A DNA stretch of 63,006 nucleotides, counting the filler, from Licmophora abbreviata (Eukaryota): NCBI GenBank assembly GCA_900291995.1. It is 8 parts of 8 records of this genome, joined end to end, with 100 filler letters (N's around TTAATTAATTAA, not from the genome) between each part and the next. Parts side by side here need not be neighbours in the genome. Positions count along the whole stretch, not along the records: positions 31,690 to 48,019 come from OLMU01000194.1; 7 more parts are not named here. The stretch is one strand, 5' to 3'. The notes under the pieces are model-generated. The model did no database searches, was not told the origin of the DNA, and was given only the letters and a program-made list of their open reading frames with translations. Below, piece after piece: positions 34,073 to 46,627 of the stretch; positions within the stretch are counted from its first letter, which is position 1; every line of letters starts with the position of its first letter. A program made the translations under genes and the position numbers.

Positions 34073-36354
34073 ATGTCGAACGCGCGAAAGTTACAAAGTA
34101 AGTTAAGTTGGAACGAAATCTGGACAAGAAAAGAGGAAGAAAGGGAAAAAAACTAGACGATCGCTTGGTCTGGTTCGCTACACGTACAATGCATGCCCCT
34201 GTACTGTGCCATCTCACCGTTTGCCCTTGCTTGTCGTTTTCACATCAGCCGAGATTGATCGGGTGATGAAAAAGGTAGATGAGGGAGTGGAACTCTTCGA
34301 CGAAATTTGGGAAAAGGTTTACAGCGCAGAACAACAGAATCAAAAGGAAAAGTATGAGATGGATCTCAAGGTACGTCGGTGACACGGCAAATTGTTGAGG
34401 CCCTCCCTTCTGTAGGCGAAGACCATCTTCATGTAGCGGCGCTTGACATCCCACCATCACTTTGTATAGAATCCTTCTCAGCCTTCGACCTCCGCTCCGT
34501 TTGTCCAATACAGAAAGAGATCAAGAAGCTGCAGCGTCTGCGAGACCAAATTAAGACGTGGATTGGAAGCAACGATGTCAAGGACAAGGATGCTCTTTTG
34601 GACGCCCGAAAATTGATTGAAACAAAGATGGAACAGTTCAAGATTTGTGAAAAAGAAACGAAGACTAAGACCTACTCGAAAGAGGGATTGGCTAGGGCAG
34701 AGAAGCTCGATCCACAGGAGGAGGCCAAGCTCAACACTACCCGGTGGATTGCTGAATACATTGCACAACTGGAGCAACTTGTGGAAGATCGTGAAGTCGA
34801 AGTGGAACGCTTATCGTCTGGTAAAGGAAAGAAGACGAACAAGAATATTATCGAGGAGTACGCCGTGTTCATTACCAATCACAAGTTCCACATCAACAAG
34901 TTGGAGGGAATCATGCGTCTTGTCAACAACGATCGCCTCGACACTGACACTGTCGAGACCATCAAGGAAGATCTTGAGTACTACATCGACTCGTATGAAG
35001 ACGACGATTTTCAGCAAGCTTACGACGAAGAGTTCTTCTATGAAGCGCTTGGCTTGGAAGAGATGGATGTCGTGAATGTTGATCGTGTCACGCAGCTACA
35101 GGCGCAACCTTCCAAGGGCGACGACGTGTCTGCTTCCAGCTCCAAGAATTCTAGAAAAGGCAAAGCGGCCAAACCTGCCAGCTCCTCCATGATTCCTCTC
35201 ACGATTGGACGAGCGCGACTGTCGAGTGCTGGCGAGAAGGAAAAGCCAGAGAAGACGACGCCAGCCAAGGTTGTACGGTCGGCGTCGACTCCGACACCCG
35301 CTCAACCATCACTTGTGCCGACACCAGCGGCTCGTCCACCGCCGACTGTAGCCTCTGGTGGTACCAGCATGGCTGCCATTCTAAAGCGAGAGAGTGAGCA
35401 GCAGGAGAAGGAACGGCAAAAGGCATTGCAGGCTCAGCAGGTATGTTCGTCTTTCGAAAGCTCCCGACGATCGTGTTTTTGCCTGTTTCGCACCACGCTC
35501 ATTTTGATTATTGTTCGTCTCTCTCAAAGGCACGCCAGCAAGAGCAACTTCGCCAACAACAGCTTCAGCGTCAGCAGCAGGAGCAGCTTCGTCAACAAGA
35601 ACAGCTGCGTCAGCAGCAACAAGCAGCACAACAGCAAGAAGCCCTCCAGCGCCAGCAGCAGCTACAGCTTCTAGAGCAGAAAGCTCGACAGCAGGCAGCG
35701 CAGCAAGAGGCCGCTGCCAAGCAGCAGCAGCTCCAGGCGAAGCAGGCCGCAGAGCAGAAAGCAGCGATTCAGCAACATAGATCGCAGCAAGCACCGGGTG
35801 GCGTCGACATTCTCAACGCGGGCATGGGCGGCTTGTCCCTAGGTAGCATCGCTGACACGAACCCCGAGCTTGCGAACGCAGCCATTTCCCCGCAACAACA
35901 GCAGCCTGGTATGGCTGGATCCTTTTCAGCCATGTCGTCAGGGGTCAACGCTTCTTTTGCGCACATGCCTGATGGAGCAGACAGTGACCGGCCTCGCACT
36001 TACACGCCTGGGAAGCCGTACCCAACGCATTCATCGTTTCCCTCCACCCCTTCCCCTATCTTTGATCATCCGACTGTCTTCGAGAAGTTAGGAACGGACT
36101 GTCTCTTCTTTATCTTTTACTACGCGCAGGGCACTTACCAACAGTATTTGGCTGCACGAGAGTTGAAGAAGCAGAGCTGGCGGTACCACAAGAAGTACAT
36201 GACGTGGTTCCAGCGACACGAGGAGCCAAAAGTCACGACGGACAAATATGAGCAGGGCACATATATCTACTTTGACTACGAGGAGGGTTGGTGTCAGCGC
36301 CTCAAGACCGACTTTCGCTTCGAGTATTCGTTCTTGGAAGATTCATTGCCGTAG
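34073..36354 (+). CDS. NOT3: CCR4-NOT complex subunit NOT3/5 (~632 aa, 4 exons)
   Basis: Exons 34073-34097, 34249-34370, 34514-35440 and 35530-36354. [18 protein letters not shown]...[26 protein letters not shown], a Q-rich linker, and the NOT box [32 protein letters not shown]. Confidence 0.95.
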
Positions 36355-36447
36355 GGAAATAATAACATACCGCAGTAGGAAACATTGATATAGGGACTGT
36401 GCTGATACCAAGCTTTCTGTTCTTTCAGATTATCTACAATTAGCCGA

Positions 36448-37825
36448 TCACCCTTCGTCCTCGACCTCGTCGATACTCGCATCTCCGCCGTCGCTCGTTA
36501 CTATCGCGGCCTCGTTTCCCTTGTTGTTCTTTTCCGCCGTCTCGCGCCGAACTTTCCTCCGGTACTCGATACCACCTCCCTCACCCGTCTTCTGGGCGTC
36601 AAACTTGATAACAATCGCACTCATGTTATCCTTGCTCCCCAAATGCAGGCAGATATCAAGCAGCTGAACCGTGTTCGGTACAAATTAAGATTGTAAGCGT
36701 CAGGATGAGGCAGTACCAGGCATACACTCAGTGGCGTCTTCTTACCTCTTCGCATATCAGTCCAATTTTGCTTTCGCCCTCGACAAACATTTGTGCGACA
36801 GTCTGTACACAGTCGGAGTTGGTCTGTACATCCCAAATTCCATCACAGGCAAGAATGATGAACTCATCCTGTTCTTTATTTCGATTCTGGACAATAATAT
36901 CAGGCACTGGCGATACCTTCTGATCGTCTGGTTCCATCATGGGTTCGACGGTGATCGTCTTGCCCTTCCGGGTTTGGTGAACAACATGCCGAGTGTGCGG
37001 TGACCCCATGAGGACAGTTCCAATATCCTTGAAACGATAATCACCCAATCCCCGACTGACGGCAAGATCACCCTCCACACGACCTCCCGCAACGTAGCCT
37101 CCAGCTTCTCGAATACGACTTTCCTCCGATTCGTCATCAGGCTTGTGATCATAACTCAGAGGCACAGCCTTGTTACCGTTCTTGGAAAAGACGGCCCGAG
37201 TATCGCCCGCATTGGCGCACACGACCCAGTGCGGTGTAATGACAAGAACGGTCGCCGTCGTTCCGGCGTCTTCGTCCTCGCTTGGCTGTGGCGCCGCAGC
37301 TGGATCGGAGGCTGTCGGATCGTCGTCGTGATAAGGTATATTGGCGTCAGACACCGGTGATCCTTGCACTGCCATTAGTATTTCGCGGTCGCAATCAATG
37401 AATGCATCATGGAGAGCAGATTCCAACATTTCGATACCCGATCGAATGTAGTTGGCTCTTTCCGCGGAATCCTTCAAAGTGGGTTCCTTTTCGAGACGTT
37501 CTTCAACGAAGTTGGCGTACTGAACGAATTTCGGCTGACGACTGAGGATACGACACATATTGAGGCCAGCATAGATGGCAGCAAAGCTTCCCCCGTGTCC
37601 ATCAAAGACCGCAAAGATAGAATGACCCGGAAGAGAGATTCTATGATAGCTCTCTCCGTCGACACGGCCAGGCTCCTCGGCGTAAATTCTTGGCTCGCAT
37701 ATGTGAGCGTCTTCCATGTGAATTCTCCATCCCTGCATCGTCGACATGCCGTACGGCATTCCGGAATCTGTCTCCCCCACATGGGTCTCCTTGTCCGTGA
37801 CAGGAGAGCCTAGAAGATTTCCCAT
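36448..37825 (-). CDS. Protein phosphatase 2C (PPM family), N-myristoylation-type start (~431 aa)
   Basis: MGNLLGSP start, MQGWR..MEDAH, VFDGHGG, ANAGDTR, DHKP, LAVSRGLGD, LACDGIWD and GSKDNMS. Intron 36664-36745. Confidence 0.93.
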
Positions 37826-38589
37826 TTTGACTGTCAAGGATCGCGGTGCTGTCAAGGTCGCAACCGTGCGGTAAATCTGTGGTGGATGCAGATGTAGTAC
37901 CTGGTATGATAGCGGTTCTGTCACTGTGGCTGTGTCTAGCACGCAGTCTGTTTTCAATAAAAAGAGATTCGCGCTTTCTTTTCAGTCGCGATGTTGCCTC
38001 TGTTTTCGTCCGTATCCGCTCCAACAATCTATTCCAGCAGAGTCCAGTCTCGTCTAGCCTCGTACGAAGGAATGCTTGGGGGCACTGCCGCTGTCTCTTT
38101 ACGCTGTCGATATTCTATCGTAGACAGTCGACATCTGACGCCTGTGTTGTTCTAATCTCTCGCGCGGTCAGTGGGTACATTGCATGTTCAATGTATCTAC
38201 GGGCTGGCTTACTAGTACAATGTACCAGAATCTACGTATCATGATTAGCTGTTCAGACTTGCGCACCTGAGTTCGCATAACTGGTGTTACAGAATTCAAA
38301 AATTACAATGATAATAACACGCGGCTCGCGCGCTCGTTCAAATGACGTTTCCCGTCTATCTGTTTGAAGATTGAGGACGATCGCAGGTACGAATATGCCA
38401 GGTACTTAAAGTCTACTTTCGCTATAGAGGGCTAAGAAGCGATTCGATTCAGCTATGATACCTGGTACTCAACTTACGTCCGGCGAAAGTACCCTCGGGA
38501 AGAACTAATATTTTAGCGTAACATTCAATTTTGCGCCGATTCTGCACTAAAGCAATTATAGTATTGAATCTCGATGCAGCCTGACTCCT

Positions 38590-40417
38590 CTAAGAAAATA
38601 AGTGATCGTCCAACGGGTTATCGAACTGGATCGAGTGCTTCGGGGCCTCCAGCAGGACGGGTCGAGGAGCTTCGAACAGCGTCAACTTGAGATTGTAAAT
38701 GAACAGAAGAATACACGTAACGACAGCGAAGACCAGCGTTTCATTCACAAAATGGTTGAGCGCCAGCACCAAAATAACTATCGCCACCACGACAAAGATT
38801 ACGGCCATGGCCATCGGCGGAAGGCCCGGCTGAGAGTATCCGTCGTACAAGCGACCCTTTTTGGACGCCTTGATTCGCTTGGCCACAATCAAACCCATCA
38901 TGATGGCAACGAAACTGCACAGAGTCGTCAGGAGAATCACATCCGGTCGAGACCACTCGTCGAGACGGAAGGCTTCCAGCGCCCGACACTCGTCGTCACA
39001 GTAGACTCCATAGGTGTACAGTCGATGGCACATGTTCCAGTTCCCAACGTCATAGTAGTTATCGTACAGCGAGCGCCGTGAGTCTTCCACTTCCCGCCAA
39101 AAGCTAGCTTCGTACGCTTCCATGCGACCGATGGCGGCGGTAAAGGTTCGGAGAGACGTCTCGGACAAATTTCTTGTGGCCCGCCGGCCGCCGCCGTTGT
39201 TGTAATTGTAGCGAGCGTCGTCGTCGGCATAGATATCGTCATTCGCGTACATGTACGCAGAGGCATCGTCAGTGTTATCGTTCCTGTAGTCGTTTTGCTC
39301 GTTGTTCTTCTTTCCGTTCTGAGAAATATAGTCGTCATCGTACCAGTTGGAGTTCTTCTTGTTGAAGGTATTTGAGACCTGACTAGGACTACAGCTCAAG
39401 CAGTTGTAAAAGGGTGGGCGGAAGGAGACCTTCGTGGAGAAGGAGTACCCGTTGATTTCATACTTGTTGGCGTGTTTGCGTTCTGCAAGACCATCGTCGT
39501 AGGATGTTGTGCAGCTATCGTCCGTATATATGTGCAGACGAAGTTTCGTGGAAGTGAAAGTTTCTCGGTCCATGCATCCAATCTTGGCGTAAAGCTTGGT
39601 GTCGGCATAGGCTGTTTCCTGGATCAAGACGCACTGCGCGCGGCGACGACGAGATTGAAGGAAAGGGTTTGAGTGAGTGCGAAGTGCGAGGTACCACCAT
39701 GGATGTGAGAGCGCAATGAGCTGTTGCGCAGAGATGTCGCCGCAGACGTAGCGTTTCGACTTACATTCAAGTATCCAGCATCGTCAGGCAGACTGAAGTC
39801 GCTTCCGTACAGGAGCGCTTGGTAGTTGAAGTAGGAGCGCATGTAGTGGGCAATGGAGACGACGAATGATCCAATCATGTCGGAGCGACACTGACGGGTG
39901 CGACCATCGTTTGAAAAGAGATCGAATTTGATCATCTGACCATTGTTGCTGCAGCGAATAAAGAAAAGCCGTAAGAGGTAGGTAGGTCGATGCGTCGCTA
40001 CACGAACTCGAAGGGATAGCAGAACAACATCTGTGATCTTTTGCACGTGACTTACTAGTTGAGGCAAGACGTGGGCATGACGGAGACGCCGTCAAAGCTC
40101 TGGTTCTCGTCCCACTGGAACATGTCGTCGTCCCCCCGGTTGTCGTCTCCCGAGGCTGAAGCATCTGTGTCTCCGCTACCATCGTCCGTGCTGCCATCGT
40201 CATTGTAGTAGTCGTCCGTGCCTGCCGCGACCATACATCCACTGTGAGACTCGAACGACAGCAGGGCTAGTAGACCCAATACAAAGAGGGGAAACCTGAC
40301 AAGGCGGAGCCTCCTCCGCTGCCTGCTGTGTTCACCGTGCGCACGAGTAGTCATTTCGTTGGATCCCTGTGCCGGAGAAAGCGGTGCGGCGGCCGTATCT
40401 TCCAGTCTGCTCCTCAT
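38590..40417 (-). CDS. Cys-rich, D/N/Y-rich membrane protein, silicanin (Sin1)-like (~529 aa, 3 exons)
   Basis: Exons 40056-40417, 39765-39948 and 38590-39633 splice in frame. N-terminal hydrophobic segment, DDYYNDD-type acidic tracts, spaced Cys motifs, RxL motifs and three C-terminal TM segments. The gene structure is solid; the family call is inference. Confidence 0.65.
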
Positions 40418-40931
40418 TGCTTCTGTCCCGCACAAACTGTTGTAGAGAGAGTGCGAGGCTTGATGACACAAGACCTGACAAACCGACAAAGCAGACACAC
40501 CAAGACTGCATCACGAGCAGAACAGAGTTCGTCGTGGGAAAGGTCGTGGGTGGCATTGTTTTTGAGCTCTTGGCATAAATGGCAATCGGATTCGGCGAGC
40601 GCGCTTGGGCATCAATTTGAACTGTCCCGACATGGATGAGACCAAAAAATATTTCAACGGATATATAGCATACTAGAGTACACACTGTCAGAGCTTCCAA
40701 TCGAGTGAGTCTCATTTTTTGTCTTTTGTCAACAGAACTCCCATGATGACCCTAGCCAGTCTACTCGTACGCAATGGACGTACGCAGTTGCCAGTAACTT
40801 CATGGACACTACGAGTAGTACAGGATAGAACAAAGTGCAACCTTACAAAGTCTCTCACACGCTTGAACGCGAGCCACCAATTCACTGGTTTGCTTACTAT
40901 TGTAGGAAGCTACTCGATTACTATTTTGCTA

Positions 40932-41798
40932 CTAGTTGAGGTACGAGAACTGTCCCTCAAATGGGATCATTGGGTTCCCGTAGTACGGTGTTGCGAAGTC
41001 GGCGAAAGGCCCGGGGATGGATCCAGGTATAGTATCGGCACAAAGAAAGCCAAAGATGCCGATCATGGCAGCTCTGCCGTTGTTGATCTCGGAAACGAGA
41101 CGGCGTTCCTTGACATCATCGGTCATCTTTGAGTTGAAACCAAAAGGGTCGTATAGGTTCAAGACGGGGTGGACGTTGTCGCGGAATAAGTCGAACGAAG
41201 GATACTGACCAGGCTTGCGACCCTTGGTATAGTGCGAAAGGGTTCCACCACCGCATTCGTCCCACAACTCCAAAGCAGCAATCAAGGTGAAGATCTGCCA
41301 CTTCGCTCCGACCGGGACGGCGTCCCACTGTGCCTCGGGGCTGAGGTCGATACTGGGGTGGGCGGCCCCAGCAATAGTCTGAGGCCAAGGAAAGACAAAA
41401 TTGGACTGAACGCAGTAGCCAACGAATGCGGCCATAGCGACACTATTCAAATAAGCATGGGGTCGAGTATTGCGGTGTGAGTTCAAGAGGAGGGAACCAA
41501 AAGCAACACTGCAGACACCGAGTCCGAAAGTGATACCTTACCGTCCATGTTTGATCTCGCTGTGTCTGAGAAAACCAATTGTGGCTTCATTTCCAAATCC
41601 CCAGAAATCAGCCCCCGCCAAGTTCAAAGGATCGTAGTACTTGATGAAAGGATTGGCTTTCTCGGCAATGGCTACCAAATCGGCCTTAGTCTCGGCCAAC
41701 GCCGTCCTCGAAGCCACTTCCGAGCTGGTGGACGAGGGGGCGAACGCAGAGGCGCTCGTCAGGAATGCCAAAAGAAGGAAAGCGGCGTTCTTCGTCAT
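40932..41798 (-). CDS. Fucoxanthin-chlorophyll a/c light-harvesting protein (LHC/FCP, ~255 aa)
   Basis: Signal peptide plus exact ASAFAP; YYDPLNL, helix 1 FLRHSEIKHGR|VAMAAFVG, LYDPFG, and helix 3 SEINNGRAAMIG. Intron 41443-41541. Confidence 0.95.
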
Positions 41799-42644
41799 GT
41801 CAATACAGATCCTTCTCTAGTCCGTGTTGCCGTTGATGTTGTAATGTGTTGAGGTCAACTTCATGTTTTCGAATGTCAGCATCATGTTGAAGCCAGCAAC
41901 AAAAAGATACCGGTATCATACCCGAGCATACCTCGAGGAATTTGGAACTCTCCAAAAAAGGCGCGCTTTGTTTGACTCGCGTCCTTGACGTTCAGCTGAA
42001 AGCGTCACGAACCAAGATGTGCCAAGTGAAAAATTCAGAGTATTATTTCCCTCAATTTTTAGAGCATTTCCTATTATACACCACTGTATTTAAATATACG
42101 AAAACGAATATTTATGGCAGTCTCGAAACGCGTATACAAGTAGGAAGACATTTTTGGCCCTCTTGCCATGGTTTCCCGCCTTTTTTGAACTCGAAAAGTA
42201 ATCAATGGCCACCCGTGAAAAGGCAACATCATTGCCACAACACGCAGGCACCGTGGTCTCCAAATCTGAGGACTGTCACGCCATTAGACCACGACAGGGA
42301 GAACTTTCGTTGGAACGCAACAGGAACCCATTGTGTTGGAAAATCGTGGCAAGCAGTCGCCATCAGCTTGTGTATGATTGGGGGTGGCGAACGGTGGCTC
42401 TGGTGAGGGGAATGTGCTACAATAGTCAGTTTTAGGGGTGAGTGGATTTGGATTCGAAAGACTGAGGGTCCTAACTTGCCTTTTGTGACCGTGCCATGAT
42501 GAGACTGTAATACTCATTGAACTCCTCTTCGTTTGCTCTTTCGTTTCCCCGGTACACGGTAACTGGACAGGAAAAGTAAAATTTGGCTCTCGACTTTGGG
42601 GTGAAGGACCTACCTGGTGCACCGAATCGAATCGACAATCCAAC

Positions 42645-45272
42645 ATGAGCGGCTCTACAGACAACGACACGCCAGCTTCTGCACCCGAGACGCAAACAGA
42701 CGCTACGCTGGGTCTGAGAGAAGAAACCCCTGATTCCGGAGAAATTTCGCAGAGTATTGAGGCCCCGATAGGGCAACTTCAGGAGGAACCTGAGCCTGGC
42801 TCAGTCGGCAAGAGTTCCGAATCCAGCACTGAAACGAACCTTTGGGGGGTGGGGGAGAGTTCCGAACCCTCAGAAGTGAGTGTATCCAATCGCGACGAGG
42901 CAGCGCTGCCATCTGAGGCTGTTCATGATTCTACCACCGACCATCGGATCGATCAACAGAAAACAGCCAACGAACCGGAGGCTACCCAATTTTCTCGGAT
43001 CAAGAAAGGATGGGAAATGTTTGTGCAAGAACAAAAACATAATGTACAATCCACTGTACATCGGGCTAGCAAAAATGAATCCATTCAGCAATTCTTCTGT
43101 GGGGCAGGCGAGGAGTTCGCTCGAATAACTGGCCAGCAGTCGTACAGATCTACGCAGACTGGAGATGCATTCGAGCCGGTTGCACTAAGGTACACCCGCT
43201 CCTCGCCTTTACAGTATTCTGCGTCAATGGTAAGGGATGACGAAACGGACGATATCCCGCCGCCACCCAGGCTTGATCATATGCGGAGATCAAGCTCAAC
43301 GCCCTCGGGATTTCGGCAAAGCAGCATAGGGAGCGCGCTTGGCACTGTACCTCATGACAATCGAAGCGCGTTCTCTCGTCCTGCTCAAAGGAATTCCTAT
43401 GCTTCGACGAGCGACTCTGGTGTACGGTATTCTGCGTTTGATCCTGTTGTGCTGGATGAAGGGGAACGCACCACAATTGAGGTCACAGATGTAGGACAAG
43501 GTGAAAGCGCAAGCTCCTCAAGTCGCAAGAGCAGGGCCGCACGCGTAACCAAGATTCTGAATATGCGCCGCAGGAGGGGAAGTGGTGGACGGGAGAATCC
43601 CACGAGGCCACCGGCATCGTCGTCGACGTCCAAGGTTAGCATATCGGTAGACGAAGAGTCGAAGGACGTTATCGGCATTCCTCGACCTTCGCCACGGGTG
43701 TCAGGTCGGGCTGCTGTTCCATCTGTGTCTGAGGTCGACGACGAAGATGCTGGGGAAGGTACAGGTGAATCTGCAAGCAAGCATCTAGTTATGCCGTCTC
43801 CTCAGTATCAGCAGCTTGACTCCGACGTCGATGAAGAATACGAGCACACGATGAGACTAGAGGGAATCGAGGCTGCTATCCAGTCTGATGGCCAAAACGA
43901 TTCTCCTTCTCCAGACTATCATCAGTTCATCGATGAGGCTTCGGGAAGGTTGTCTCGTCCAAATCCGATCGACAACAGTATTCCAGGCGTTCGTCTTCAA
44001 GTGGCCACGTCAAGTCCACCCCCCTCGATCGTCGCGCAGGAGAGCGACAGCAGGACACCGGTGTCGCAAGACTCGACGCAATCACCGGGGACGAATTCAT
44101 CTTCCGGTCAGACTACGATCGCTACGTCGACATCCGCCACAGCTAGTAGCAGTCATGCCTCAGCACTGTCTTCTGTATCTGAGACTGATATCGAAGTCAT
44201 GGAGACGAACGTGGCGGAAAAGCAGCGTCTCCTACAACAGAAATTTCGAGGCGGACGGAAGGGAGACGGGAGTGTACATTCCTCATCAACGACTAGCACG
44301 AATACACATGGGTACCTCGCGCTTGCTGGAAGCCCAGCGTCCTTGCGGGACGGGGCGAATCTACAGACGGAGCATTTCTTCGGAGAGAATCAGATCGCCG
44401 TCGCACACTCCCAGAGTAGTAACTCCGCTTCAACTGGGAGCAGCGGTGGAAGTGGCAGTCGCGGCGAGGGAAGTGTGACTGTTCAAACTTCCCCCTCTAA
44501 GAAGGTTGTCTTTGGATCAGGGTCGCCGCACACGATGTCTAGCGTGGCAAACACAAGTTCTTCAAGCTCTGCAGACGAAGAACCTCCCCCCAAGCTCGTG
44601 TCTTATTTGGATAGAAAGAATGTTGCAGTTTCAGGGGAAGGGTCTTCGTTACCCAGTGTCAGCGAAGAAGCAAGTGGAGAAGGCAAATTGTCCCCGGCGA
44701 AGATCGTCGATTACTCCGAAGTGGTATTTGAAGAGGCTAAGACGCCTGGCTCTCATGGACCGAACCATCAGCCCACCGTCTTCCGTCCTGTCCAGAAGCT
44801 TCCCGGAGATCGGAGTTCTAGGTTCGGGTCAAGGCCTCCTCTCAGCCCTGCCAAGGGGCTCCGAACACCGACCACGCCGCCGCCGTCATTTCATACGGCG
44901 AGAACTGACTCCACGTCTCCCGCCTACCATCAGCTGTCGCCCCCGAAAAACATTATCGACCACAGCACCCGTGAAGGTCTCTCAAAGCCGTACGCAGTTC
45001 TCGGTGCTGGAGCACAATCGCTTGGTGAAAGAAGAGCACAGCCTATGCTAGTGTCACCTGAAGACGCAAGGCGTGCCGCGCTGTACGACGAGCAAGGGGA
45101 GAACTGGGCGCAGGAAGTCGTCGCAGGTTCTGAAGGAAACGCTGTTTACACCTACAGCGAGAACCAGCAATCCCGAGGCACTGGAGAAAGTGGAGGCCAC
45201 GAAGCTCAGACTTACGAAGACAACAATATTGAAGTGCCTGGCAATATGGTGTCTCCCGACCGAGGAAGCTGA
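42645..45272 (+). CDS. Hypothetical Ser/Pro/Glu-rich, probably disordered protein (875 aa)
   Basis: 2.6-kb uninterrupted ATG-initiated ORF; no recognisable domain. Confidence 0.8.
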   Translation: MSGSTDNDTPASAPETQTDATLGLREETPDSGEISQSIEAPIGQLQEEPEPGSVGKSSESSTETNLWGVGESSEPSEVSVSNRDEAALPSEAVHDSTTDHRIDQQKTANEPEATQFSRIKKGWEMFVQEQKHNVQSTVHRASKNESIQQFFCGAGEEFARITGQQSYRSTQTGDAFEPVALRYTRSSPLQYSASMVRDDETDDIPPPPRLDHMRRSSSTPSGFRQSSIGSALGTVPHDNRSAFSRPAQRNSYASTSDSGVRYSAFDPVVLDEGERTTIEVTDVGQGESASSSSRKSRAARVTKILNMRRRRGSGGRENPTRPPASSSTSKVSISVDEESKDVIGIPRPSPRVSGRAAVPSVSEVDDEDAGEGTGESASKHLVMPSPQYQQLDSDVDEEYEHTMRLEGIEAAIQSDGQNDSPSPDYHQFIDEASGRLSRPNPIDNSIPGVRLQVATSSPPPSIVAQESDSRTPVSQDSTQSPGTNSSSGQTTIATSTSATASSSHASALSSVSETDIEVMETNVAEKQRLLQQKFRGGRKGDGSVHSSSTTSTNTHGYLALAGSPASLRDGANLQTEHFFGENQIAVAHSQSSNSASTGSSGGSGSRGEGSVTVQTSPSKKVVFGSGSPHTMSSVANTSSSSSADEEPPPKLVSYLDRKNVAVSGEGSSLPSVSEEASGEGKLSPAKIVDYSEVVFEEAKTPGSHGPNHQPTVFRPVQKLPGDRSSRFGSRPPLSPAKGLRTPTTPPPSFHTARTDSTSPAYHQLSPPKNIIDHSTREGLSKPYAVLGAGAQSLGERRAQPMLVSPEDARRAALYDEQGENWAQEVVAGSEGNAVYTYSENQQSRGTGESGGHEAQTYEDNNIEVPGNMVSPDRGS

Positions 45273-45605
45273 GTTTGAAGTTGCATCATTGTGCACAAAG
45301 TGATCGCTTAGGTGAAGGAACAGTACCGGTATAGAGTCAGCTACCACTACCCTGCCATTATTATGCTCTTAGTTCTTTGTATTCGCAGCGAGTAATGAAG
45401 TAGACGATGTGCCGGGTCAAGGCATAGCGGTGGTACTAGGTGCCCTAGTGCGGGAAGAAGGCGAAAGTCGCTTGTGATGTAAAGGAGACGCTTCAACTAT
45501 TTCAGCCAATATCATGACGTAACCATAATTTGTGTATGATTGCTGCAGGAGTGCGCTTAACCGGTGTCAGATCTTAATGTACTATACTTAGACAGGACGC
45601 TCGAT

Positions 45606-45827
45606 TCAGCAGGTGCACTGTTCTCGGAAGAACCAAGAAGCTATTCCGAGCAGAAACATCACGACGACGACGGGCTGATCCTGCAAATCTCCAAAAACGC
45701 CCATCTCGCCATTCTGATTCAAACCGCTCTCCCTACGTCGCAAGGCGGCATCGGGGTCTTCCTTGGCGTGCCGTGCGGGGTTTCCTCGGTTATTATTGTT
45801 GGGGTCGTTTGGGGGAAGTGGGTCCAT
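45606..45827 (-). CDS. Putative small tail-anchored membrane protein (73 aa)
   Basis: MDPLPPNDPNNNNRG...DQPVVVVMFLLGIASWFFREQCTC: hydrophilic N-terminus and a single C-terminal hydrophobic segment. It lies in an otherwise empty 1.3-kb region. Confidence 0.45.
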   Translation of the reverse strand: MDPLPPNDPNNNNRGNPARHAKEDPDAALRRRESGLNQNGEMGVFGDLQDQPVVVVMFLLGIASWFFREQCTC

Positions 45828-46627
45828 CGTTCCTATGCTACGCTGTAGTCGCCAAGGGCTCAAAGATGTGATGTGATCTGTTCTTAAAAACGCATAAAAG
45901 AAGGTGGCGAGCGTGAGACTGGGGGTGTCAGGAGCACTCGGGGGTGGGCAGCTTTCGACGATAATCTTCATCACATTGCGCAGTGTAGTCTACCAGGTAC
46001 TGTAAGAAAGCCAAGCACCTTTGGCTGGCACCAATTCGTTTCGAAAATAATGAGACGTAGCACGTAGACCCTGTACAAACTTGACGTAGAGATCCAGCTC
46101 GCAACGACAACGCGCGTCGAAATTCGATCTTCTTCTCGTGTCGACCTTCTATCACAGCATGGCCGTCTCGAGGTATCCATCGATCTTCCGCAATTTAGCT
46201 TGTAGTGAGAACGCTCCTTTTGCTTACCAGACAGAGTGAACTGTGAATTCTGCATTCACGGTTCACGCTACAAACACCAAAATGCAATGCTTCACCTCAT
46301 CAATTTGGAGTTTGAGGATGCACGCCAGCCGCGCTCTTTACGTGCGTTGAGATGGTCGTTGATCACGCGTGGCTAAAATTGTCGAATGCGTCTGAGTTCA
46401 CGTTTCGTTGCTGTAACCGGCAGAGGCGTGTGCTGATCACGTTCAACGTGTTATCAGGAACCTTCACCCATTCAACTGTTCAATATGCACTGCAGTTATT
46501 ATAATAAGAAAAACGAACTACATGGCGTCCAACTTATCTACTGAGTCAAAAGGAAGTCACTTGGTACAGTCAGTATGTAGAAACTAGCTAATCTGGTTGG
46601 CTACTTTAGTAAATGATGACTTTTCCT

